Shown in pieces: positions 24,080 through 35,960 of a DNA stretch of 64,000 nucleotides (its first letter is position 1; each line of letters begins with the position of its first letter). This stretch comes from Chiloscyllium plagiosum (Eukaryota): contig NC_057718.1 in assembly GCF_004010195.1 (NCBI RefSeq), forward strand, positions 78,116,638 through 78,180,637, given 5' to 3'. The notes beneath the pieces were generated by a model. That model saw nothing but the letters and a program-made list of their open reading frames with translations, made no database searches and was not told where the DNA came from. The position numbers and the translations under genes are program-made.

Positions 24080-26295
24080 GGTCTTGATGAAATTAGACAG
24101 GAGCTTGTAGGGGTTGACTGGAATAGTTTGTTTGCAGGCAAAGGGACCTCCAGCAAGTGGGAGGCCTTTAATAGTTAGAGTTCAAGGTCTACATGTATCT
24201 GAGAGGGTGAATGGCAAGGTTGACAGGAGTAGGGAACCCTGAATGACAAGAGATATTGATGTTTTGGCCAGAAAAAAGAAGAAAGCATGGCTCAGGTACA
24301 GACAGCTGGGAGCAAAGGAATCCCTGGAGGTATATAGGGGATACAGGAGTTTACTGAAGAAGGAAATCAGGAAAGCGAAAAGGAGGCACGAGGTAGCCTT
24401 GGCTGACAAGATTAGGGTGAATCCAAAGAGAATATTAATGGAAAAAGATTAACTAGAGAGAGAATAGGACCCCTCAAGGACTAAAGTGGACATGTATACG
24501 TAGAACCACAGGAGACGGGTGAGATCATCAATGAATATTTCTCCTCTGTGTTTACCATGGAGAAAAACATGAAGATGTTGGAACTTGGGGAAGTTAGTGG
24601 TGATATCCTAGGGACAGTCCATATCACAGTAGAGGAGGTGTTGGATGTATTAAAATGAATGAATGTGGATAGATCTCATAGTCCTGACCAGATATATCCA
24701 AGAACACTGCAAGAGGCTAGAGAAGAAATTGCGGGAACCCTGGCTGATGTTTTTGCTGATATCATTAGTCATGGATGAGGTCCCGGAAGACTGGGGGGTA
24801 GCGAATGTTGTGCCCTTATTCAAGAAAAGCTGCAAATAAAAACCTAGGAACTATGAACCAGTAAGCTTAACATCTATGGTAGGTATGATTCTGAGATAAG
24901 ATATACATGCATTTGGAGATACAGGGTTTGATTAGGAATAGGAGAAAGTGAGGACTGCAGATGCTGGAGATCATTCCTGAAGAAGGGCTCATGCCCGAAA
25001 CGTCGATTCTCCTGCTCCTTGGATGCTGCCTGACCTGCTGCGCTTTTCCAGCAACACATTTTCAGCTTTGATTAGGAATAGTCAGCATGGCAGATCATGC
25101 CTCACAAATTTGTTAGAGTTCTTTGATGAAGTGTCCAGGATGGTTGACAAGGGCAGGACGGTAGATGGAACCTGTATGGATTTCAGTAAGGCATTTGATA
25201 AGGTTCCACATGACAGGCTGCTCTGGAAAGTTAGATTGCTTGGAATCCAAGGAGAGCTGGTAAATTGAATGCATAACTGGCTTGATGGTAGTAAGCAGAG
25301 GTTAATAGTGGAAAGATGCTTGTCGGACTAGAGGCCTATGACTGGGGGAATGCCTCAGGGGTCAGTGCTCGGCCCATTGCTGTTTGTTATCTATATCAAT
25401 AATTTGGATGAAAATGTACAAGGCATGATTCCTAAGTTTGCAGATGGCACTAAAATCAGAGGTATCATGGACAGTGAGGAAGGTTGTCAGAAATTGCAGC
25501 AGGGGAAGTGGGCCAAAATGGCAAATGGAGTTTAATATAGCTAAGTCTGAGATCTTGCATTTTGGAAAATCAAATCAAGGTATGAGTTTCATGGTCAATG
25601 GTAGGGCCTTAAGGAATGTAGTGGAATACAGGGACCTTGGAGTTCAAGTGCATGGTTCTCTGAAAATGGAGTCACAGGTAGACAGGGTAGTGAAGGTGGC
25701 TTTTGCACACTGGCTTTCATCAGTCAGCACACTGAGTATAGAAGTTGGGAAGTTATGTTGCAGTTTTACAGTGGTGAGGCCAGACTTGGAGTATTGTGTT
25801 CAGTTTTAGTCACCTTGCTATAGGAAGGATTTCTTACACTAGAAGAAATTTACAAGAATGTTGCCAGGACTCAATGGTCTGAGTTATAGGGAGAGGTTGG
25901 ACAAGCTGGGACTTTTTCTTTACAGTATAGGGACTTCTATGAGGACCTTATAGAAGTGTATAATATCATGCTCTCAGTCTTTTTCCCAGGGTTGGAGAAT
26001 CAAGGACTAGAGAGCATCAGTTGAATGTTAAGGGGGAAGAATAAAAGGGAACCCGATGGTGAATGTTTTTACACAGAGGGTGGTACACATATGGAATGAG
26101 CTGCCAGTGGAAGAGGTGGATGCGGGTACATTAACAAAATTTAAAAGGCGTTTGGACAAATACATGGATATGAAAAGTTTAGAAAGATATGGGCCAAGTG
26201 CAGGGAAATGGGGTTAGCGTTGATGGACATTTTGGTCGGCATGGACCAGTTTGGGCCAAAGGGCCTGTCTCTGTGCTATAGGACTCTATGACTCA
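24080..26295 (+). mobile_element. 5'-truncated CR1 LINE (RT domain to 3' end)
   Basis: Peptides GRSCLTNLLEFFDEV..MDFSKAFDKVPH and PQGSVLGPLLFVIYINNL..FADGTK. Tail ACTCTATGACTC. Confidence 0.92.
24942..25066. mobile_element. Penelope-like cassette, family A, intact hammerhead core, 15-bp TSD
   Basis: Core CTGAAGA-A-GGGCTCATGCCC-GAAA-CGTC at 24977-25004, preceded by an inverted piece of the terminus. TSD TTTGATTAGGAATAG at 24927-24941 and 25067-25081. Confidence 0.88.
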
Positions 26296-27324
26296 AATCA
26301 TTCAACTTCTCATTTAATTCAGTACAGACAATTATTAAATTTACATGACAGATGATGAAACAACAATCTCCATGTCCCATGGCTTCCTTGGAAATTACAC
26401 AAGTGATGAGTTGCCTTTGCCTGTGATTGGCCTCTTTTTTAGTCGTTCACATTTCAATGATACTGAAGTTAGCCACAATGTTAAATTTACAAAAACCAAT
26501 GGCATGGTGCAAATCATCTGTGAACCGCATTAGGCCCTAAGCACATTTACTCTGCATGCATTACAGAAGAGAAATGAAACAATTGCAAAGGAACAGTAAG
26601 AGTAGTTTGCAAATGCCTGTTTTGTGCATTTCCCCCTTCTCTGTCCTAGGGACCAGCAGATATTCCCTTCATACATTTGTCCATCAAAATCACACCAGCT
26701 CCATCTGTCCTGGATGTTGTTCCAATCATTTTCCAGTTGCATTTTTCATTTAAAGAAGAGCAAGTAATGGCAGGTAACATAACTCGCAGTGGACAGGGAC
26801 CATCCCTTGCATTCTTCTTAATCCCCAGGACTGTATTCACCCCATATTTCTGATCAACTTTAATGACAGACCAGATTCCCGACCCCTGTGTTTGCAACTC
26901 CCTGATAGATGATATGTGATTCCCTGACCAGTGGATCTGGCCTGAAAGAACTGACCATTGCCCACTTCTCAGAATGTAATCAGAATATCCCCTGAGTGTG
27001 AGCAGACAACAGACATAGCCAAATCACTATACCTGGATTGATGGTGCTAGGATACCCCTCCCCTGCCCTCAACTGGCCTGAGGACTGGCCCCTTCCTTTT
27101 TGCTGGCTTAATCAAATAAACATGCAGAATGCTAGCCATGCAGGTTGCTGGTACATGCTATGGGAGTTACATTAATAAGACGAATTCCCCCTCTCTCCAG
27201 CTGGGGTAGGTGCGCAATGACAAGGAGCTTGAAGCAGCCTTTCAATGCCAGTTGCCAGCAATTCCAGAATCATGTGAGACTCCACAATACTGTTGATACC
27301 TATTAAGTTGCTAGTTTCAAATGT

Positions 27325-28600
27325 GGGAACACAGGAATTAGGAACAAAACAGGCAATTAAGCCCTTTGAACCCATTCTGCTTTTTAACATGATCATGGCT
27401 GATTTTATTCTGGTCCCAACTCCATTTTTCTGCCTGCTCCCCATAGCCCTTTATCCCACTTTTCATCAGAAATATCCCAGTTTCTTTCATGAATCTGTTG
27501 ATTAATTCTGCCCCCACTGCACTCTGGGGCAGTGAGTTCCACAGACTCTGAGAGAAGTAGTTTTCTCCTCATCTCAGTTTTGAACCTACCTCCTCTCAGT
27601 CAATGTCTGTGACCTCTTCTTCTAGACCATCCCACAAGTAGGAACACCTGTTTAACATCCACCTTATCAATTCCCTCTAGCATTTTATACGCCTCAGATT
27701 TCTACTCATTTGTCTGAACTCCAGTGAGTTTAATAGCAAGCTGTTCAGCAGCTCCTTGTACAACAGCTCTTTCATCCCTGGAATGAATCCTCTGGACTAC
27801 CTCCAGTACCAGCACATCTTTCCTCAAGTAAGGAAGCCAAAACTGGACACAATATTCCAGGTGTAGTCTCACCAATCCTTATTTCATTGTAATAACACTT
27901 CTTTATTTTTATAGTCCTTTTACAATAAATGCCAGGATTTCATTTGCCTTTATTCACTTTCTGTGATTCATGCACAAGGATACCCAGATCTCTCTGCACT
28001 GATACTTTGAATCTGCTTCCCATTTAAATAATAATTTGCCCTTTTATGTTTCTGGACAAAATGGATAACCTCACACTTATGCACATTAAAATCCATCTGT
28101 TAGATTATGTCCCATTTTTCTAGCCTACCAACATCCATCTGTAAACTCTTTTTCTCCTAATCCCTGCCTGCATTCCCACCTATTTTAGAATAATCCGTGA
28201 GCTTTGCTGTGTTAAACTTTGGCCCTGCTTGCAGATCATTTCTGTAAATTGTAAATAGGTGAGGTCTGAGAACTGAACCCTGTGTTCCTCACTGCTTACG
28301 GTTTACCATCCAGCAAAAGACCCTTTTATCCCAACCCTTTGCTTTCTGTCCGTCAACCAATCTTCTATCCAAGCCAATTCTCTACTCTTACCGCCTCCCC
28401 CCTCCCTCCCCCCACCTTGCCAAATGCCTTCTGGAGGTCCAGATGTACTACATCCACCAGATCCCCATTATCCACATTGCTGGTTTCATTCTCAAACACC
28501 TCCAGCAAGTTTGTTAAGCATGACTTGCCCTTCATGAAACCATGCTGACGTTGGTGAATGAATCTTTGTTGCTCCAAGTGTTCAATTATCTCATCCTTTA
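27325..28600 (-). mobile_element. Old CR1-type LINE fragment
   Basis: Peptide QHGFMKGKSCLTNLLEVFENETSNVDNGDLVDVVHLDLQKAFGKV. 3' tail near 27330. Confidence 0.8.
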
Positions 28601-28779
28601 TCACCAATTCCAGCAACAGCCATATCTTTAAATGAAAGCTTTTCTTTCTCAAAACATTCTTACATGTGTTAAATTTATATTAGCTTGAGCCACAAAACAG
28701 CAATATGAATTACTTGCTATGAATCTATTTTACAATTAACCATAATTAAACAAAATATAATTTAATTCGTTAGTTATAC

Positions 28780-30392
28780 AGTTACAGAGTTGTACAGCAC
28801 AGAAACAGACCCTTCGGTCCAACTCGACCATGCCCACCAGATATCATAAATTAATCTAGTCCCAGTTGCCAGCACTTGGCCCAATAGGATGGTTTTACCC
28901 TTCCTATTCATATACACATCCCGATGCCCTTTAAATGTTGTAAATGTACCATCCTCCACCACTTCCTCTGGCAGCTCATTCCATACATGCATCACCCTTT
29001 GCATGGAAAAGTTGCCCCTTACGTCCCTTTTAAATCTTTCCCTTCTCACCTAAACTCATGCCCTCTAGTTCTGGATTCCCTCAACCCAAAGAAAATACCT
29101 TGTCTATTTACCCTATCCTTGCCCCTCATGATTTTATAAAGCTGTATAAGGTCACCCCTCAGCCTCTGACACTCCAGAGAAAACAGCCTTAGCCTGTTCA
29201 GCCTCTCTCTATAGCTCAAATCCTCCAACCCTGGCAACATCTTTGAAAATCTTTTTTGAACCCTTTCAAGTTTGTGGGCGGCACGGTGGCACAGTGGTTA
29301 GCACTGCTGCCTCACAGCGCCAGAGACCCGGGTTCAATTCCCGCCTCAGGCGACTGACTTTGTGGAGTTTGCACGTTCTCCCCGTGTCTGTGTGGGTTTT
29401 CTCCGGGTGCTCCGGTTTCCTCCCACAGTCCAAAGATGTGCAGGTCAGGTGAATTGGCCATGCTAAATTTCCCGTAGTGTTAGGTATAGGGGTAAATGTA
29501 GGGGTATGGGTGGGTTGTGCTTCGGCAGGTCGGTGTGGACTTGTTGGGCCGAAGGGCCTGTTTCCACACTGTAAGTAATCTAATCTAAATCCTTCCTATG
29601 GCAGGGAGACCAGAACTGCACACAATATTCCAAAAGTGGTCTAACCAATGTCCTGTACAGTCACAACATGACCTCTCAACTCCTATATTCAATGTTCTGA
29701 CCAATAAAGGAAAGCATACCAAACGCCTTCTTCACTATCCTATCTACCTGCGACTCCACTTTCAAGGAGCTATGAACCTGCACTCCAAGGTCTCTTTTGT
29801 CAGTAACACTCCCCAGGACCTTACCATTATGTGTATAAGTCTTGTCCGGATTTGCCTTTCCAACATGCAGCACCTCACGTTTATCTAAATTAAACTCCAT
29901 CTGCCACTTCTCAACCCATTGGCCCATCTGATCAGGATCCCGTTGTATGCTGAGGTAACCTTCTTTGCTGTCCACTACACCTCCAATTTTGATGTCATCT
30001 GCAAACTTACGAACTATACCTCTTATGCTCGCATCCAAATCATTTATATAAATGACAAAAGGCAGTGGACACAGCACCAATCCTTGTGGCACACCGCTGG
30101 TCAGAGGCCTCCAGTCTGAAAAACAACCCTCCACCACCACCCTCTGTCTTCTACCTTTGAGCCAGTTCTGTATCCAAATGGCTAGTTCTCCCTGTATTTC
30201 ATGAGATCTAACTTTGCTAACCAGTCTCCCATGAGGAACCTTGTTAAATGCCTTACATGTAGATCAAATCCAACACTCTCTCCTCATTAATCCTCTGTTA
30301 TTTCTTCAAAAAAATCAATCAAGTTAGTGAGACATGATTTCCCACGCACAAAGCCATGTTGACTATCCCTAATCAGTCCTTGTCTTTCCAAG
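28780..30392 (-). mobile_element. CR1 (HER1-like) LINE RT/3' portion, interrupted by a SINE
   Basis: Peptide TSGVPQGLVLCPLPFVIYINDLD..KFADDIKIGG..WQMEFN. Confidence 0.92.
29276..29590 (+). mobile_element. tRNA-derived SINE (HE1/V-SINE-like), young copy
   Basis: GGGCGGCACGGTGGCACAGTGGTTAGCACTGCTGCCTCACAGCGCCAGAGACCCGGGTTCAATTCCC; tail (TAATC)n. Confidence 0.93.
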
Positions 30393-30515
30393 GTTTTTTA
30401 TTATAAAACCTGGCTCTCAGCTGAAAATTCCTTCTTATATCTGACCACTTTAACTTTATTGTGCCAATAACTGAACATGATTAAAACCCATCTTTTCATT
30501 GCCAAGTATTTTCAC

Positions 30516-30635
30516 AATGTGGAAGTGCCAGTGTTGGACTGGGGTGGACAAAGTTAAAAATCACACAACACCCGGTTATAGTCCAACAGGTTTAATTTGA
30601 AGTACAAGCTTTCGGAGCGCTGCTCCTTCATCAGA
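30516..30635 (-). mobile_element. Penelope-like cassette, family B, with hammerhead core
   Basis: Minus strand reads CTGATGA-A-GGAG-CAGCG-CTCC-GAAA-GCTT-GTAC (30634-30602), followed by AAACCTGTTGGACTATAACC..GTGTGATTTTTAAC. Confidence 0.8.
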
Positions 30636-30807
30636 AATTCATAAAACACCCAGGCTGTTTATTGTTAATGTTGCCTTGAAAATAAAAGTTTCTAATTTCT
30701 TTTAAAGTCCAAGAAATTCACTTTCCCTTTTGAGTATATAGAACAGAAACTCATATCAACTTCATTTATCTCTTTAACTTGCAGTAAACTAATTCCAGGC
30801 TTATTTA

Positions 30808-31445
30808 AACTCACTTGTGGAACGTGCACATCATTGGCTCGCCAGCATTGGCTCTGTCCCTAGTGGCCTTAAGAAAGTGGAGGTGAGCTGCCTTCTTGAA
30901 ACACTGCAACTGACATGCTGTTGGTTGACACACAAAGCCCTTAGGGAGGGAATTCCAGGATTTTGACCCATCGACAGTGAAGGGACAGTGATATTTTTCC
31001 AAGTCAGCAGATAAGTGACTTGGAGGAGAATTTGCGAAAGGTGTTGTTCCCATGTATCTGCTGTCCTTGTCCTTGCAGATGGAACTGGTCATGGGTTTGG
31101 AAGGTGCTATCTTAGGATCTTTGGTAGTATTTGCAGTGCATCTTCTAGCTAGTACCCAGTCCTGTTAATGAGGGTTGATGGTGGAGGGAACGGATGCTTG
31201 TGGATGTGATGCCAATCAAACGGGCTGCTTTGTCCTGGATGATGTCAAGAATCTTGAATGTTGTTGGAGCTACACCTATCAGGCAAGTGGGGAGTATTCC
31301 AACACACTCCTGACTTGTGCCTTGTAGATGATAGATAGGTTTTGCGGAGTAAGAAGGTGTGTTACTTGCTGCAGATTTCCTAGCCTCTGACCTGCTCTTG
31401 TAGCCACTGTATTTATGTGACAAGTCCAGTTGAATTTCTGGTCTT
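30808..31445 (-). mobile_element. 3' end of a second LINE family (CR1/L2 group), same family as 55022-56536
   Basis: Peptide APTTFKILDIIQDKAARLIG matches 56090-56150; the 3' UTRs are collinear. Confidence 0.8.
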
Positions 31446-32162
31446 GATGGTGGTTTTTCTAAAAAAATCAAATGATCAAAGATTGCAATATTTGTTTCTT
31501 TTGTATCAAGCTTTTAGTTGTTCTTTGCTGGTGTTTAAAACTTTCCAAATCCTCAGGCTTATTACTATTCTACATCACAGTCTCTTCTTGTAAGCTGACA
31601 CCATCCCTGACTTACCTGATTAACCACAGATGGATCATTCTCATTGAGATTTTGTTTTTTAATGGAATATAATGTTTCTTTTTTTTTTAACTTTTACGCT
31701 TATTAGCCTATTCTTGCAAATAATCTTAGCCAGCTCTTCCTTATTTCTATGTGTTGTAACTTCTAATAACCAACCATCAGAGTCTGAGTACAGGTTTACG
31801 ACAGTTATATTCAAGTGATGCAGTGAGAGTATCACTCCAGTAGATTGCAGCAAGACTGAAGAATTCAGAAAAAATTGAGTACCTTTCTACATTTTTGCTC
31901 ATGTAAGTGTCTCATTATCCAAATTCTAAGTTTGCTTTATAAACACCTAAGATACAGTTGTCTATTTTAGGTCATAGGTTAATGTTGCTGATGTCTCCTT
32001 CACCTGTTCAGGAAACAGTTAATCTTATCTGAGATCCTTTTCCCCTTTCCCTATCAGTGTCAATCACTTCCTCATGTCTAAAGCTGTCTTGAAGCCAAGG
32101 TCTCTCTAGAATATTTTTGTTAATACTACTTGACAGTGTTGCTTACACCTGATGTTAAGGAA

Positions 32163-33182
32163 GATGTGAGGTGCTGCATTTTGGAAAAGGTTAAAAATCG
32201 CACAACACCAGGTTATAGTCCAACAGGTTTATTTGGAAGTACAAACTTTTGAAGTGCTGTTCCTTCATCAAGTAACTAGCCCCACTAGCTACCTGATGAA
32301 GGAGTAGCGCTCCAAAAGCTGGTACTTCCAAATAAACCTGTTGAACTATATCCTGGTGTTGTGTGATTTTTAACTTTGTCCATCCCAGTTGAATGCTGGC
32401 ACCTCCACATCATGGCATTTTGGAAAGGCAAATCAGGGCAGAACTTATACATTTAATGGTAAGATCCTGGGGAGTGTTGCTGAACAAAGAGGCTGTGGAC
32501 TGTAGGTTCATTGTTCCTTGAAAGTGGAGTTTTACGTAAATAGGATAGTGAAGAAGGTGTTTAGTATGCTTTCCCTTATTGGTTAGAACATTGGGTATAG
32601 GAGTTGGGAGGTCATGTTCTAGCTGTACACAACATTGATTAGGCCACTTTTGGAATATTGTGTGCAATTCTGGTCTGCCTCCCATTGGAAACATGTTGTG
32701 AAACTTGAAAGTGTTCAAAAAAGATTTACAAGGATTGGAGGGTTTGAGCTATAAGAAGAGGCTGAATAGGCTAGGGCTGTTTTACCTGGAGCATCGACGG
32801 CTGAGGGGTGACAATTTAGAGGTTTAGAAAATCAGGAGAGGCTTGCATAGGATAAATATACAAGGTATTTTTCCTGGGTTGAACTAGAGTCCAGAACTAG
32901 AGGGCATAGGTTTAGGGTGAGAAGGGAAAGATTTAAAAGGGATGTAAGGGGCAACTTTTTCAAGCAAAGAGTGATGCATGTATGGAATGAGCTGCCAGAA
33001 GAAGTGGTGGAGGTTGGTACAATTACAACAATTAAAAGGCATCTGGATGGGTATATGAATAGGGTGTAAGGGACATGGGCCAAGTACTGACAAATGGGGC
33101 TCAATTAATTTAGGATATCTGGTCGGCATGGTTGAGTTGGTCTGAAGGGTCTGTTTCCATGCTATACATCTCTATGATTCTA
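32163..33182 (+). mobile_element. CR1 LINE 3' end interrupted by a family-B palindrome
   Basis: GATGTGAGGTGCTGCATTTTGG resumes at 32415; tail CTCTATGATTCTA. Confidence 0.9.
32188..32414. mobile_element. Penelope-like fold-back cassette, family B
   Basis: Inverted arms of about 90 bp (32190-32278 / 32285-32374). Core CTGATGAAGGAGTAGCGCTCCAAAAGCT at 32293 has a G>A change. TSD GCATTTTGGAAA at 32176-32187 and 32415-32426. Confidence 0.85.
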
Positions 33183-33984
33183 AGTACTCAAGACCCATAG
33201 GTATTGCAAACATTGTCCTTACTTGCACATCTGAAATGTTTTTGGCAATTCTAATTAATTTATTAGTAATGCCCATATGATCTTCTAGTACAGTAATCAA
33301 GCCCTGAACTATTCCTGTCAAGTCTTGGTCTATACCTAATTGGACATCTTAAATCCTTCACCTGCTTTCATTTGTAAGATTTTCCTAAGCTGTGAACTTA
33401 GAATTTTGGTCCACAGTAGCTAAATCAATTTAATTCACTATTGAGGTCCCTGTATTGAATACTCCAGCAGCATCATTATCAGGTCACATTCAGCCTGTTC
33501 TTTCCCTGGGTCACAAATGTCCCACCATTCAGCTCAACTACTTTTATCATTAACTGACCCATTAAAATAATATACAGTGCTTGAGTATGTCAGGGCAGGG
33601 TTATGTTAGAAATGTTTAAGACTATGGACAACAGCTCATGGTGCACATTATCATTCAAGGTTTTACCACGGTTACATAAGTCCATTTTCTGGTGATCAAA
33701 ATCATATTTCTTATGTCTAAAACAACTGTCTAGTTAGTTTCAAAAACAAATCTCTCCAAAGAATCCCATCAATTATCTATTTGAGTCAAATTATTGCTTC
33801 TACATCTGAACTTAAGTAGATTCATTCTGAAATGCACAGTTTCTTGCTCCTGTAGTTACACTCATTGCTCCGTAGTGAATGTTACACTCCACATTTCTTG
33901 TGGTGTGGTACAGTCCATACTGTGGGTGTTTGTTGCTCCTTGTTCCCTCCGCTAAGAATACCAATCGTGGGACAAACCCCTTAG

Positions 33985-34110
33985 AGTCATAGAATCATAT
34001 AGCATGGAATCACACTCTTTAGCCTAACTCATCCATGCCAACTAAGTTTCCAAAACTGAACTAGTGTCGTTTGCCTGCACGTAGCCCATATGCCTCTAAA
34101 CTTTTCCCAT
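33985..34110 (-). mobile_element. Short CR1 3' tail fragment
   Basis: GAGTCATAGAATCATATAGCATGGAA..CCCATATGCCTCTAAAC matches the other CR1 tails. Confidence 0.7.
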
Positions 34111-34671
34111 TCCTGACTATGCTAATCCAGACTAGATCTGATTACCCTCTCAACACCTGATAACCCCAATGCAACCTGACTCACCTCTAACCTGATATCC
34201 CTCCCAACTCAACTTAGCCATCTGACTGTCACCAATACTCTGACCAGCTGCCTGACCTTTCTTGCCCTCTTGACCAATATAACCCTGACTAGCTGCCTGA
34301 CCAGATCTACCTCCCAGCATCCAACATCCTCCCTCACCCAATCCAACCTAACCTGACTAGCCCTCCTGATCCAAATAGCCTCCAACTTACTTACCCCACT
34401 GACCTGCCAACCTACCCATCTTCTCACTTTTCCATTTAACTTACCCAAGTTACCACCCTACCTATTTTCTAACGAGCACACCCATTTTCTTTGAATGTTT
34501 AAACTTCCTATGTTGCAGTTAGTGCTATGAAAGGAGTATTTGAAATCTCCCACTGCCTTGCACTCTGCTGGAAATCTGTTGGATGCTGCACTCAATATTT
34601 CTGAAGAAGCACTGAACAGAATTCCCAGTCAAGAACTGTGGAGCAGTATTGGGACGTGGAAAAGTGTTTGG

Positions 34672-35196
34672 GGCCGAACACTTCAATTCCCCCTCCCTCT
34701 CTGCCAAGGACATGCAGGTCCTGGGCCTTCTCCATCACCACTCCCTTACCACCTGACGCCTGGAGGAAGAATGCCTCATCTTCCACCTTGGGACCCTCCA
34801 ACCCCACAGCATCAATGTGGATTTCACCAGTTTCCTCATCTCTCCTCTGCCCACCTTATACCAGTTCCAACATTCCAACTGGGTACTGCCCTCATGTCCT
34901 GTCCCACTTGTCAATCTTTCTTCCTGCCTACCGCTCCACCCTCCTCTTGATCTATCACTATTAGCCGCACCTCCGTCTACATATTTGCCTGCAAACTCTC
35001 AGCTCCCTTCCCTCCAGCCCCACCCTCTCCCATTTATCTGTATACCCCTTTGGTTCACAAGCCTCATTCCTGATGAAGGGCTCTTGCCCTAAACATGGAC
35101 TCTCCTGCTCCTGGGATGCTGCCTGACCTGCTGTGCCTTTCCAGCACCACACTCTCCACTCTGAAATCTCCAGCATCTGCAGTCCTCACTTTCTCT
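34672..35196 (+). mobile_element. Penelope-like element 3' fragment: GIY-YIG endonuclease C-terminal remnant plus family-A terminal repeat
   Basis: Translates to AEHFNSPSLSAKDMQVLGLLHHHSLTT*RLEEECLIFHLGTLQPHSINVDFTSF, then a pyrimidine-rich UTR, then CTGATGAAGGGCTCTTGCCCTAAAC at 35070. Confidence 0.8.
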
Positions 35197-35960
35197 TAGC
35201 ACAGCAAGAGCCAACCTATTGTATTGTCCCCTTCCTGCAAATCCCAGCACACCAATTTACTTTTAAACTCTGAAAAGCTGGGTTTTGACTGATGAAATAT
35301 CTAACTTCCCGTATCATATCAGATCCGGTGACAAGTCAGAAAACTGAAGATTGCTAGAATAGAACCTCAGCGAGGGTGAGTCAGCAACATTTTGAGATAA
35401 GCTCCTGACAATTTTCTTGGTATTAACCCTGTAAGTGTATCTGAACGTTAATCAGCGTCATGTCCCATCAGATAAACGGACCCGCAGGTATAGGTTGCTT
35501 TCATTTGCACTGAGCAGAGAAGCGCAGAGCTGTCCACATTGAAAATGTGCTGCTGGACTTTCCAGAGGGAATTCTACAGAAAGGTCAGATAATTGAAGCT
35601 CTAATTTTCCACACGGAGCTGCCAAAATTGCTGAGAATCCTGCATTCTTTGTCTTTATATATATATGTATATATACCAGAGACACTGTAATTGAATGATG
35701 TACAAGTGTGAACAGTGCAAGTACCTGCGTTGAGCTGACTGTGAATGTGAAATCGGTTGCACTGTTTATTTAACAAGGTCAAATTCACGGAAATCTCGTT
35801 GACCTGCACCGCAGACAATATTTTAAAAACCCTCAAGACTGTGAAGACTCGACTTGGAAACTTCCAAAAAGTGACTTGTAACTTTCTCCTCGCAATAAAA
35901 TCTACGAATGTTTAATAAGAAGTATTAGCATCGAGTGATACAAACGTTTCGACGGTTACA

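Noticed and set aside
29276..29350. tRNA gene (A and B boxes)
   Set aside because: It is the head of a multi-copy SINE followed by a V-domain and a LINE-like tail, not a standalone tRNA.
34130..34470. C/A-rich quasi-repetitive tract (CCTGAC/CCAAC motifs)
   Set aside because: Low-complexity sequence with no stable period or coding signal.
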